From an uncultured Methylococcales bacterium (GTDB lineage: Bacteria; Pseudomonadota; Gammaproteobacteria; Methylococcales; Methylothermaceae), in contig CAYUPV010000005.1 in NCBI GenBank assembly GCA_964445885.1, forward strand, positions 1 to 32,000: DNA of 32,000 nucleotides. The letters are read 5' to 3'. Positions within the stretch are counted from its first letter, which is position 1; every line of letters starts with the position of its first letter. A program made the position numbers and the translations under genes. Shown piece by piece: positions 20,761 through 28,977 of the stretch. The notes below the pieces were generated by a model that ran no database searches, was not told the origin of the DNA, and saw nothing but the letters and a program-made list of their open reading frames with translations.

Positions 20761-20775
20761 CCTGCGCCTGGCTTC

Positions 20776-21468
20776 ATGCTGAAGTTACTCGATCCCAAAC
20801 AGCCCCAAGACGACTTCCCACCGGTGGAGCAGGCCCTGGCCGAGCCGGATGGTCTGCTGGCCGTGGGCGGGGATCTGTCCCCTCCCCGGCTACTCAAGGC
20901 TTACCGACATGGGGTTTTCCCGTGGTACAACCCGGGAGAACCCATTCTGTGGTGGTCACCGGATCCCAGACTGATATTGTTTCCTCAACGCCTCAAGATT
21001 TCCCGCAGTCTGAAAAAAACTCTCAGAAAGGAATCATTTTCTCTGACTTTTGACCGGGCTTTCGCCGAGGTGATCGATGCCTGTTCAGCGCCACGCAAAG
21101 GCGTGGGCGGCACCTGGATCACTCCCGAAATGAAAATAGCCTATCTTCGCCTGCATGCTTTGGGTCATGCCCATTCCGTGGAATGCTGGCATGCAGGAAG
21201 GTTGGTGGGAGGACTTTACGGTGTCGCGATTGGGCGGGTGTTCTTTGGCGAATCCATGTTCCATCGTTGCAGCAATGCCTCCAAAGTGGCCTTCGTCCAC
21301 CTCACGCAATCGTTACAACGCTGGAAATACGCGCTCATCGACTGCCAGGTACGGACCGAGCATCTGCTCAGTCTGGGAGCGGAAGAAATCCCGCGATCCG
21401 AATTTATCCGGCTGAACCGGCGCTGGTGTAACGAAACCTGTACCAATGAGGCATGGAGGCAGTCATGA
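20776..21468 (+). CDS. aat: Leucyl/phenylalanyl-tRNA--protein transferase
   Basis: [25 protein letters not shown] and GESMF motifs are present. The protein is 230 aa and the gene is followed by bpt. Confidence 0.9.
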   Translation: MLKLLDPKQPQDDFPPVEQALAEPDGLLAVGGDLSPPRLLKAYRHGVFPWYNPGEPILWWSPDPRLILFPQRLKISRSLKKTLRKESFSLTFDRAFAEVIDACSAPRKGVGGTWITPEMKIAYLRLHALGHAHSVECWHAGRLVGGLYGVAIGRVFFGESMFHRCSNASKVAFVHLTQSLQRWKYALIDCQVRTEHLLSLGAEEIPRSEFIRLNRRWCNETCTNEAWRQS

Positions 21469-22208
21469 ACGGGCCGGAAATTTATCTCAGTCATCTCCAT
21501 GGCTGTGACTACCTGCCGGGAGAAACCGCCCAGATCCTTTTTCTGGCAGTAGATCAGACACTTTCAATGACTACCTATAGCCGACTGGTGGCCCAGGGCT
21601 TCAGAAGGAGCGGAAGGTTGGTCTACCGTCCGCACTGCCCAGCCTGCCAGGCATGTATCCCCGCACGTATCGCAGTGGATCGCTTCTCACCCGACCGCAG
21701 CCAAAGGCGCTGCTGGAAGCGCAATCAGGATCTGAAGGTCATCGCCCGTCCTCCGGAATTCCAACAGGAGCATTACGATCTCTACCTGCGTTACCTCAGG
21801 GTCCGCCATCCCAGCGGCAACATGGTGGATTCCACAGCCGAAGAGTATCTGGATTTTTTGACCTGCCATTGGTGCGAAAGCCTGTTTTATGAATTCCGTC
21901 TTGGCAAGCGATTAATGGCCGTGGCAGTGACTGATCTCCTTGAGGATGGCCTTTCTGCCGTCTATACCTTCTTCGATCCCAGCCACGTCAGTCGCAGCTT
22001 GGGAACGTTTGCCATCCTGAGCGAAATCGAGGCCGTCAGAAGAATGAAGCTGCAGCGGTTATATCTGGGGTATTGGATCGAAAATTGTGTCAAAATGACT
22101 TACAAACGCGGATTCAGGTCACTGGAAATCCTGCAGGACTCTCATTGGGGGGCTCTTTCTGCAGAACGTGGCTTAGCAACCGATCAATCACTCATCGAAG
22201 AAGTCTAG
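21465..22208 (+). CDS. bpt: Arginyl-tRNA--protein transferase (bacterial Bpt/ATE family)
   Basis: The N-terminal CDYLPG and the C-terminal YLGYWI motifs are present. I prefer the ATG at 21465, which overlaps the aat stop (ATGA), over the track start at 21453. Confidence 0.85.
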   Translation: MNGPEIYLSHLHGCDYLPGETAQILFLAVDQTLSMTTYSRLVAQGFRRSGRLVYRPHCPACQACIPARIAVDRFSPDRSQRRCWKRNQDLKVIARPPEFQQEHYDLYLRYLRVRHPSGNMVDSTAEEYLDFLTCHWCESLFYEFRLGKRLMAVAVTDLLEDGLSAVYTFFDPSHVSRSLGTFAILSEIEAVRRMKLQRLYLGYWIENCVKMTYKRGFRSLEILQDSHWGALSAERGLATDQSLIEEV

Positions 22209-22217
22209 AGGCTGATT

Positions 22218-23480
22218 ATGTCCATCCAAAATGCTTTCTATGCTCAATCCGGTGGTGTCACCGCCGTCATCAATGCCTCTGCTTGCGCAGTCATCGAAAC
22301 AGCGCGAGGTTTTCCCGACAGTATCGGCAAAGTCTATGCAGGAAGGAACGGTATCGTGGGCGCATTGACTGAAGATCTGATCGACACCAGCCAGGAGACG
22401 GAAGAATCCATTGCGGCGCTACGTTATACGCCCGGCGCGGCGTTCGGTTCCTGCCGCTACAAACTGAAGGGACTCGAGGAAAACCGCACCCACTACGAAC
22501 GTCTGATCGAAGTGTTTCGTGCTCACAATATCGGATATTTCTTCTACAACGGCGGCAACGACTCCGCCGACACCTGTCACAAGATCTCCCTGTTGTCGGA
22601 GACGCTGGGATTCCCTATCCGCGCCATCCATATTCCCAAAACGGTGGACAACGACCTTCCCATCACGGACAACTGCCCAGGTTTTGGCTCTGCCGCCAAG
22701 TATGTTGCCCTCTCGACTCTGGAAGCCAGCATGGACGTTGCTTCCATGAGCGCCACCTCCACCAAGGTCTTCGTGTTCGAGGTCATGGGTCGTCATGCTG
22801 GCTGGGTTGCGGCATCCGGAGGTCTGGCAGCCACCGAGGCACTGCCCATCCCCGTGGTCATTTTGTTTCCCGAAATCCCTTTCGACCAGACCCGGTTTCT
22901 GAACAGGATCAAAGAGGCAGTGGAGCAATATGGATATTGTTCGGTCGTGGTATCGGAAGGGGTTAAACGTCCCGATGGGAAGTTTCTGGCCGACGCAGGA
23001 TATCAGGACGCCTTCGGTCATACCCAGTTGGGGGGAGTCGCCCCTGTCGTGGCAAGAATGGTCTACCACGATCTAGGCTTTCGCTGCCACTGGGCAGTCG
23101 CCGATTACTTGCAACGTTCGGCCAGACACATCGCCTCGGCCGTCGATATGGAACAAGCCTACGCGGTCGGCCGGGCCGCAGTGGAAATGGCCGTGTCGGG
23201 TGGCAATGCTCTCATGCCCATCATCGTGCGGATTTCAGATGATCCTTATCAATGGACGATCGACAATGCTCCACTGGAAAAAATAGCCAATGTGGAAAAG
23301 AAGATGCCCGAAGAGTTCATCAGTGAGGATGGGTTCGGAATCAGCGAAGCCAGCCGCCGCTATCTTGGTCCGCTGATCTTTGGAGAAGCCTACCCTCCCT
23401 TTAGCAAGGGTCTTCCCCAATACGTCCGATTGAAGAACCGGCCCGTTGAGAAACGCTTGCATACCTCCTTCGAAATCTGA
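22218..23480 (+). CDS. pfp: 6-phosphofructokinase, probably pyrophosphate-dependent (Pfp type, 420 aa)
   Basis: This is a PFK-family protein. It has GGNDS where ATP-dependent enzymes have GGDGS, and PKTVDND where ATP-dependent enzymes have PGTIDND. The Asp and Lys at these two positions are the described PPi-specificity signatures. Confidence 0.75.
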   Translation: MSIQNAFYAQSGGVTAVINASACAVIETARGFPDSIGKVYAGRNGIVGALTEDLIDTSQETEESIAALRYTPGAAFGSCRYKLKGLEENRTHYERLIEVFRAHNIGYFFYNGGNDSADTCHKISLLSETLGFPIRAIHIPKTVDNDLPITDNCPGFGSAAKYVALSTLEASMDVASMSATSTKVFVFEVMGRHAGWVAASGGLAATEALPIPVVILFPEIPFDQTRFLNRIKEAVEQYGYCSVVVSEGVKRPDGKFLADAGYQDAFGHTQLGGVAPVVARMVYHDLGFRCHWAVADYLQRSARHIASAVDMEQAYAVGRAAVEMAVSGGNALMPIIVRISDDPYQWTIDNAPLEKIANVEKKMPEEFISEDGFGISEASRRYLGPLIFGEAYPPFSKGLPQYVRLKNRPVEKRLHTSFEI

Positions 23481-23484
23481 AAAC

Positions 23485-23514
23485 AAAGAGGCCGCGGATT
23501 CCCGCGGCCTCTTT
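23485..23514. terminator. Bidirectional intrinsic terminator between pfp (+) and the dynamin-like gene (-)
   Basis: AAAGAGGCCGCGG-ATTC-CCGCGGCCTCTTT is a perfect GC-rich hairpin flanked by A and T runs. It lies between convergent genes. Confidence 0.85.
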
Positions 23515-23542
23515 CATCCAAACCAGACACCCCCAATGGAGC

Positions 23543-24970
23543 CTAGGAAATCACTTCCTCCGCCACAGGTTCTTTTTTCTCCTCGAAAGGCTTCCCGGAA
23601 GGATTGGTCAACTGATCGTTGAGGCGCTGGATAAGGATATCCGCACGATTGATGATATCTTCCAACTGCTTTTGAACCTTGTCACTCCAGCCCTTGGTCT
23701 TGCCTGTACCAAAGAACCGCCAGTTCGCACAATGATTGAATGCACGCACCAGATTGAACCGCAATCCCAATTGCCTCTGGCGCTTTGCCAAACGGCTGCG
23801 ATAGTACATCTTGAAAAGGCTGGAGACGATCAAATGAAACAGTCCCAACACCACCATTCCAGCTGCCACGGCAATGGCATCGGCCATCGGGTTGAGCCAG
23901 AATCCGGTCACCAGACCAGCATATACGATCCCCGCAACCAATGCAGCGAATACCATGGTATCCAGACGCAGGGTCCAGTTCCGCCAACCTGAGAGGGCAT
24001 TCATCAGGATCGGAATCGCCTGGTTCTTGAGTTCTTTGGTTGTCAGATCCAGGGTATTGAGGATCCGGTAGGCCCGTTTGACTTCCACCTGTTTCATGCG
24101 TTTGTGGATTTCATCCAGATCTCGATCACGACGGGCTTCCAGACGTTGTTTGACGTACTCGTGCTCGGCATTCAATTCGACGTCAGGGGCAAAAATGGTG
24201 TAAAAATGAGTGACATTGAGCCCTCTTTCAGCCATTGCACTCTTCCAGGCAGCCACGACCTCGGCCAGGCTGTCCTCACGGGCCGTGACGTCGATCTGGT
24301 TGAGAATGTAGATGAATTTTTCCGAATCGTAACGGTCGACGGAGGTCTTCACCAGATATTCCAGGGTGTCACGCATGGCGCCGGGTTCCGGTCGCCGGGC
24401 ATCGAAGAAAATCAGCACCAGATCCGACACATCGATGATGTGTTTGGTGATCCTCAGGGTTGAACTGCGTTGGGCATCGGCATCGAAGCCCGGGGAATCG
24501 ATGAGGATCTTGCCTTTCAGGTGTTCGCTGTTGCAGGTTTTGAGCTGCAGATAGGCGTTGATCCGCTTGCCTTCGCCTGCAAGGGCCTCATCGATTTCCC
24601 GGCTGATCTGGTAGAACGGAAATCTTGGATCGACATCGAGGGCCAGCCCGGGTAAGGTTCTGGCCTCCGGATCCGGGCTGTAACACAGTACGGTAAACTT
24701 GTCATCGACCGCCTGAACGCCAGCGCGTTGAACCTTCTGTCCCAGAAAATGATTGATGAAAGTGGATTTCCCGGCGGAAAACAGCCCCAGAATGGAAATC
24801 AGGGGCCACCAGGGAATCTGTCGTGCCGTGGATTGATCGGGTCTGAGCAATCCCAGATCATTGGCAACGTTGTCAAGGGCCTGGAAATTCTTCGCCACAT
24901 CCACCAAAAGAGGATTTTCTTCGACGAGATGCTTTTCCAGATTCTGTACGTAGATTTGACTTGCCTGCAT
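23543..24970 (-). CDS. Dynamin-family (bacterial dynamin-like) GTPase with a C-terminal transmembrane hairpin
   Basis: G1 is GLFSAGKST, G3 is LIDSPGF and the G4-like motif is LNQID. A coiled-coil-like stalk follows. Two adjacent hydrophobic helices are present (MVFAALVAGIVYAGLVTGFWL and AIAVAAGMVVLGLFHLIVSSLF), followed by a basic tail. Confidence 0.7.
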   Translation of the reverse strand: MQASQIYVQNLEKHLVEENPLLVDVAKNFQALDNVANDLGLLRPDQSTARQIPWWPLISILGLFSAGKSTFINHFLGQKVQRAGVQAVDDKFTVLCYSPDPEARTLPGLALDVDPRFPFYQISREIDEALAGEGKRINAYLQLKTCNSEHLKGKILIDSPGFDADAQRSSTLRITKHIIDVSDLVLIFFDARRPEPGAMRDTLEYLVKTSVDRYDSEKFIYILNQIDVTAREDSLAEVVAAWKSAMAERGLNVTHFYTIFAPDVELNAEHEYVKQRLEARRDRDLDEIHKRMKQVEVKRAYRILNTLDLTTKELKNQAIPILMNALSGWRNWTLRLDTMVFAALVAGIVYAGLVTGFWLNPMADAIAVAAGMVVLGLFHLIVSSLFKMYYRSRLAKRQRQLGLRFNLVRAFNHCANWRFFGTGKTKGWSDKVQKQLEDIINRADILIQRLNDQLTNPSGKPFEEKKEPVAEEVIS

Positions 24971-25153
24971 AATGGTAGGGGGTTCCTGTCAATCGGTGTC
25001 CATCATAAGTTAAAGGCAACTGAGCGATCCCTCGTTGCCCGGTGCGGGCCAATATACTATGGTTGGCCGATTTTAGGGCAACTACTGCCTTGAAAGCAAA
25101 AATAATTCGACTTCTTTGACCCTATAACCGACAAAAAAATTCATAATTCATCC

Positions 25154-26062
25154 ATGAGCTCATCATCACACGGCCACAAGGCCATCCTGTATGCATTTCT
25201 ATCCAACTTGGGTATCGCCCTGGCAAAAACCTGGGCGGCTCTGTTCACAGGCTCGGGAAGTCTGCTGGCCGAAGCTATCCACTCATTTGCCGACTGCGGC
25301 AACCAGGTTCTGCTGTATGTGGGACTTCGGCAGTCGCAGCGACCTGCGGATCCTGAGCACCCTCTGGCCTATGGGAAGCTGAGCTATTTCTGGAGTTTCG
25401 TCGTCGCCATCCTGCTGTTCAGTGTCGGGGGATTGTTTTCCATCTATGAAGGATGGCACAAGCTGGCCAATCATGAACCGCTGAATCTACCCTGGGTAGG
25501 CCTGTTGATCCTGGCATTCTCTGTCGTCCTGGAAGGGTTGAGTCTGCGTGGTTGCCTGAACGAAATCGCATCGTTACGTGGAACCCGATCCTTATGGGCA
25601 TGGCTGAGGACCACTCGCAATGCGGAGCTGGTGGTGGTCCTGGGAGAAGATGCCGCTGCCCTGGTGGGACTCACCTTTGCATTGAGTGGCTTGGGACTGG
25701 CCACCCTCACGGGTGATACCGGCTACGATGCCATGGGTTCCATTGCCGTTGGGGTCGTTCTGGTGACGGTCTCCATCTTCGTCGCCAGCCATATCAAAAC
25801 CTTGATCGTGGGACGCTCCGCCGAACCGGAAGCGGAACAGGCCATCAAAAAGGTCATTACCGAAGAGCCTGACATTACTCATTTGTTGAACCTGATTACC
25901 TTGCAATTCGGTCGGGACATCATGGTGGCGGCCAAGATCAGCATGCCTCCCGATCTTAGCGTTGGAGAAGCCATACCCAAGGTCAATGCACTCGAGAAGA
26001 AAATCAAACATACCATTCCACAAGTGCGATGGTGTTTCGTGGAAATCGACAACCAGGACTGA
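25154..26062 (+). CDS. Cation diffusion facilitator (CDF) family metal efflux transporter
   Basis: There are six TM segments. TM2 carries HSFADCGNQ, a metal-site context. The C-terminal cytoplasmic domain (ITHLLNLITLQFGRDIMVAAKI) is typical of CDF proteins. Confidence 0.85.
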   Translation: MSSSSHGHKAILYAFLSNLGIALAKTWAALFTGSGSLLAEAIHSFADCGNQVLLYVGLRQSQRPADPEHPLAYGKLSYFWSFVVAILLFSVGGLFSIYEGWHKLANHEPLNLPWVGLLILAFSVVLEGLSLRGCLNEIASLRGTRSLWAWLRTTRNAELVVVLGEDAAALVGLTFALSGLGLATLTGDTGYDAMGSIAVGVVLVTVSIFVASHIKTLIVGRSAEPEAEQAIKKVITEEPDITHLLNLITLQFGRDIMVAAKISMPPDLSVGEAIPKVNALEKKIKHTIPQVRWCFVEIDNQD

Positions 26063-26108
26063 CTTTAGGGGGCCTGTCCCTCAGAAGGGAACGGCCAGAT
26101 CGTTGAGT

Positions 26109-26864
26109 TCAACTCGGACTGTAGTTCAGGGTATCCATCAAATCAATCATGAACTCCACTTCTTCCTCATCGACAAGATCCCACCCCGTCAAGCCCAGGC
26201 TCTTCAATACCCCTTTGCCCTTGATATCCTGCTCCATTGTGGTGAGCACCCGACGCATTGTTTCCACTTGGGTTCCCAGACGAGGACCGGCCATGAGAGA
26301 GTGATGAATCACCTGAATCTCACTACGCACCAACGGATGCAGCTGACTTCGGATGGGACGACTGAGTTCGTCAAAGGCCTTCTCAAGGAAGATGCCAACA
26401 TCGCACTCACCTTGCAAAATCGCTTTCGCCACCAGGACATAATTGTCGCACTGGCGAAGTTCTATGTTTCCTTGGTGGAGTCCGGCGGGTTCGAGCATGA
26501 TCATGCCCATCAGATGAACATTGGGGTCATCGGTGCTGGCGATCCTGATCCCGGAAGTTAACGATTCTACTGTCTGCATATCACTGTCGGCACGTACGGA
26601 GATCACCGCTTCATCCGCCCCACCCTTGGGCTTGACCAAGGCAGTGAATCCCTTGTCCCGCACCAACATTGAAGCATCGTAAGGATTGGCATAGATAAGA
26701 TCGAACCGGTCTTCCTCGATCGACCGGTGCAGTTGCTGGAAATTGTCCAGCAACTGCAGATGGAAAGGCTGGTCGAGGGCCCGTTGCAACCAGGTGTTGA
26801 AAATGAACCACCCGGAGAGATAATCGGGACTAAAATCCGGACTTACGCTGAATTGATAAGTCAC
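26109..26864 (-). CDS. PhnD-like (phosphonate/phosphite ABC substrate-binding fold) protein without a signal peptide, 251 aa
   Basis: The periplasmic-binding-protein type 2 pattern is present: FSVSPDFSPDYLSGWFIF..WL, DLIYANPYDA, RIASTDDPNVHLMG, DVGIF. There is no hydrophobic N-terminus. I place the start at the GTG at 26864, which overlaps the PAS gene stop (GTGA) and is preceded by GGGAGG. Confidence 0.6.
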   Translation of the reverse strand: MTYQFSVSPDFSPDYLSGWFIFNTWLQRALDQPFHLQLLDNFQQLHRSIEEDRFDLIYANPYDASMLVRDKGFTALVKPKGGADEAVISVRADSDMQTVESLTSGIRIASTDDPNVHLMGMIMLEPAGLHQGNIELRQCDNYVLVAKAILQGECDVGIFLEKAFDELSRPIRSQLHPLVRSEIQVIHHSLMAGPRLGTQVETMRRVLTTMEQDIKGKGVLKSLGLTGWDLVDEEEVEFMIDLMDTLNYSPS

Positions 26865-27361
26865 GCACCTGCCTCCCGCTCTTTTTCCCGCATGGAGGCA
26901 TACAGAAGAATACACTCCTCTACCTTACGCCGATCAGGCTTCCGCCTGACGGAGGTGTAACCCTTGATCCGTTCATTTCGGATATTGGGGATCACGGTGG
27001 CCTTGACCCAATAATAGGCGCCATCCTTGCGCAGGTTCTTGACGTACCCCTGCCAGATCTTCCCCTGCTGCACCGTTCCCCATAAATCCCGGAAGGCCGC
27101 CCTGGGCATGTCCGGATGGCGCAGAATGGAGTGAGGCGCCCCGACCAGTTCCTCCTCTAGATAACCCGACATCTCGACGAAGGAACGATTGACGTGGGTG
27201 ATGATTCCTTCGGTATCGGTCCTGGAGACGATCAGACGTCCATCGGGATAAGGGACTTCCGTCTCTGTGACCAGGACTCTACGTGCCCCCAGCCCATAGA
27301 GCTGGATAACCTGTTGCCGATATTCGCCGACAATCTCTTCGGTGTGCATGTCGCTGATCAT
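26861..27361 (-). CDS. Stand-alone PAS domain protein, Aer-type (probable flavin-binding redox sensor)
   Basis: IVSRTDTEGIITHVNRSFVEMSGYLEEELVGAPHSILRHPDMPRAAFRDLWGTVQQGKIWQGYVKNLRKDGAYYWV is collinear with the E. coli Aer N-terminal PAS as I recall it (PHNMVRHPDMPKAAFADMW...PWSGIVKNRRKNGDHYWV). The RBS GGAGAT lies upstream. Confidence 0.8.
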   Translation of the reverse strand: MISDMHTEEIVGEYRQQVIQLYGLGARRVLVTETEVPYPDGRLIVSRTDTEGIITHVNRSFVEMSGYLEEELVGAPHSILRHPDMPRAAFRDLWGTVQQGKIWQGYVKNLRKDGAYYWVKATVIPNIRNERIKGYTSVRRKPDRRKVEECILLYASMREKEREAGA

Positions 27362-27379
27362 GAGCGATCTCCGGCAAAA

Positions 27380-27742
27380 CTAGATCAACTTGGAGATACT
27401 TTCAGCCGCTCGTTTGACATCAAGAAAAATCAAACCCAGTTTAGCCCTGGGTTTTGCCAGTACGGTCAATACGGCTTCTTTACCGGCATGGGTCATGAGC
27501 ACGTACCCCTGATTACCTTTGATCAGGACTTGTTCCAGCTCGCCTCGGGCAAGTTCCTGGGAGGTACGATCCCCCAGCGACAGCATCGCGGCACTCATGG
27601 CACCGACTCTGTCTTCATCCATCATGGCAGGAAGCACTGCGGCCATCATCAGGCCATCCGTCGAGATCACACCCGAGGCCTCGATATCGGCCGAAGTACC
27701 GTTCAATTCCGTCAGGATGGATGTCAGCATATCTGCGCGCAT
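27380..27742 (-). CDS. Roadblock/LC7 domain protein (MglB/CvnB-like)
   Basis: The 120-aa protein shows the canonical Roadblock pattern: L..L.......ASGVISTDGLMMAA..P....DRVGAMSAAMLSLG......L..G.LEQVLIKG.QGYVLMTHAG...VLTVLA. The RBS GGAGGTG lies upstream. Confidence 0.8.
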   Translation of the reverse strand: MRADMLTSILTELNGTSADIEASGVISTDGLMMAAVLPAMMDEDRVGAMSAAMLSLGDRTSQELARGELEQVLIKGNQGYVLMTHAGKEAVLTVLAKPRAKLGLIFLDVKRAAESISKLI

Positions 27743-27773
27743 GATTCACCTCCAAGGCGCTGTAAAAGTAAAG

Positions 27774-28424
27774 TTAAGCCGGTACAGACACCGGAGCGTA
27801 ACGGGTCATCAAGGTCCAAACAAGATGAACAAAATCTGGATGATTGAAATGAGGGATTCCGGTCATCACCAAAGCAAAACAGTACTTGCCGATATGCAGG
27901 GGCCACACCCCCAAGCGAGTATGACCACTGGCATCCACCAGCCCCCATGCCTGGCTCCCCAAATTCAGATTGTTGAGCAGCAGCTTTTGGTGACGTTGCT
28001 GGAGGTTCATGAGATCAGCACTCAACGCCGCCAGCTCTTCTGCCGTTTCGTGGGGAAATCCACTGGAGCCGAGATAGAATCCCTGTTGATCGGCCAGCAG
28101 GGCCTTGCCATTCTCAGCAAGATTCGAGAGCAATTCAGGAAGGATATCCTCCAGCGGTTGATTCATCACCTGTAAAGGGCTATCCAGCGCTTGTAACCAG
28201 CGCATGGACTGGATGCGGCGCAACAATGCATGTGCATCTTCCAGAGTATCCTCCCCGCACCATTGCTTCAGAGTCTCCGGGCTCATCCGGGGGGTTTCCG
28301 AATAACCCAACAAATGACACAATAATCGCCTCGGAGGATCGAGTATGGGGTCCGCCACGGCATAATAGGCTCCCCCAGGGGTCGGTATCAAATACTTTAG
28401 CTCAGGAAGCGGCGAATCTGACAT
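27774..28424 (-). CDS. Hypothetical protein, 216 aa; the C-terminal half is possibly a second, divergent Roadblock/longin-like domain
   Basis: Residues from about 90 to 210 (LEDILPELLSNLAENGKALLADQQGFYLGSSGFP.ETAEELAALSADLMNL...GLVDASGHTRLGVWPLHIGKYCFALVMTG) follow the alpha-beta-beta-alpha-beta-beta-beta-alpha Roadblock pattern by eye. The strong RBS GGAGGAAAACG lies inside the 3' end of the GTPase gene, giving a 23-bp overlap. Confidence 0.45.
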   Translation of the reverse strand: MSDSPLPELKYLIPTPGGAYYAVADPILDPPRRLLCHLLGYSETPRMSPETLKQWCGEDTLEDAHALLRRIQSMRWLQALDSPLQVMNQPLEDILPELLSNLAENGKALLADQQGFYLGSSGFPHETAEELAALSADLMNLQQRHQKLLLNNLNLGSQAWGLVDASGHTRLGVWPLHIGKYCFALVMTGIPHFNHPDFVHLVWTLMTRYAPVSVPA

Positions 28425-28971
28425 CGTTTTCCTCCACCTCTAAACCAGGATCCAGATGGAACAGCAGCGCCTGCACCAACAGAGAAACATCGTTGCGACT
28501 ACGAGCGTCCACTTCCAATAGTGGCGCCCGGACACCCAGGTTTTCGATTTCCCTGTGATAAGCATCCAACGTCGGCTCGGCCTTGAGATCCATTCGGGTC
28601 ACACCGATCGCCAAGCCGGATTCATCGATGAACGAACGGAAACGATTGAGGAAAAACCGAAGATCCTGAAAAGGATCGGTGCGACTGTTGTCGACCAGCA
28701 GAATCAAACCGATCCCCCCGTTGCTCAGGATCTCCCACATGAAATCGAAACGTTCCTGTCCGGGGGTGCCATACAGATGCAGCTTCTCCCCTCCTTCCAG
28801 ACTCATGACGCCATAGTCCATGGCAACGGTGGTCTCTGGTTTGAGATTCTGCGCCATGTCACTGGCAAAGGCATCCGTTCGCACTGGCGGTTCATCGCTC
28901 AGACTGGCAATGGCAGTTGTCTTGCCTGCACCGACCGGACCTGTAAAGATCAGCTTATTGTATTTCGCCAC
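28402..28971 (-). CDS. Small Ras-superfamily GTPase of the MglA / conservon (COG2229-like) type, 189 aa
   Basis: G1 is GPVGAGKT. Switch I is ETTVAMDYG. G3 is LHLYGTPGQERF, with Thr replacing the usual Asp as in MglA LYTVPGQ. The G4 variant is VTRMD. The start codon is GTG, preceded by GGAGGATAAGGAA. Confidence 0.8.
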   Translation of the reverse strand: MAKYNKLIFTGPVGAGKTTAIASLSDEPPVRTDAFASDMAQNLKPETTVAMDYGVMSLEGGEKLHLYGTPGQERFDFMWEILSNGGIGLILLVDNSRTDPFQDLRFFLNRFRSFIDESGLAIGVTRMDLKAEPTLDAYHREIENLGVRAPLLEVDARSRNDVSLLVQALLFHLDPGLEVEENDVRFAAS

Positions 28972-28977
28972 GGTTCC

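Noticed and set aside
25047-25068. Inverted repeat GGCCAA-N10-TTGGCC and a twice-occurring GGCAACT in the divergent region between the dynamin-like and CDF genes
   Set aside because: Six-bp arms and a 7-mer repeat fall within chance expectation for a 183-bp region. I did not recognise a match to any metal-regulator box.
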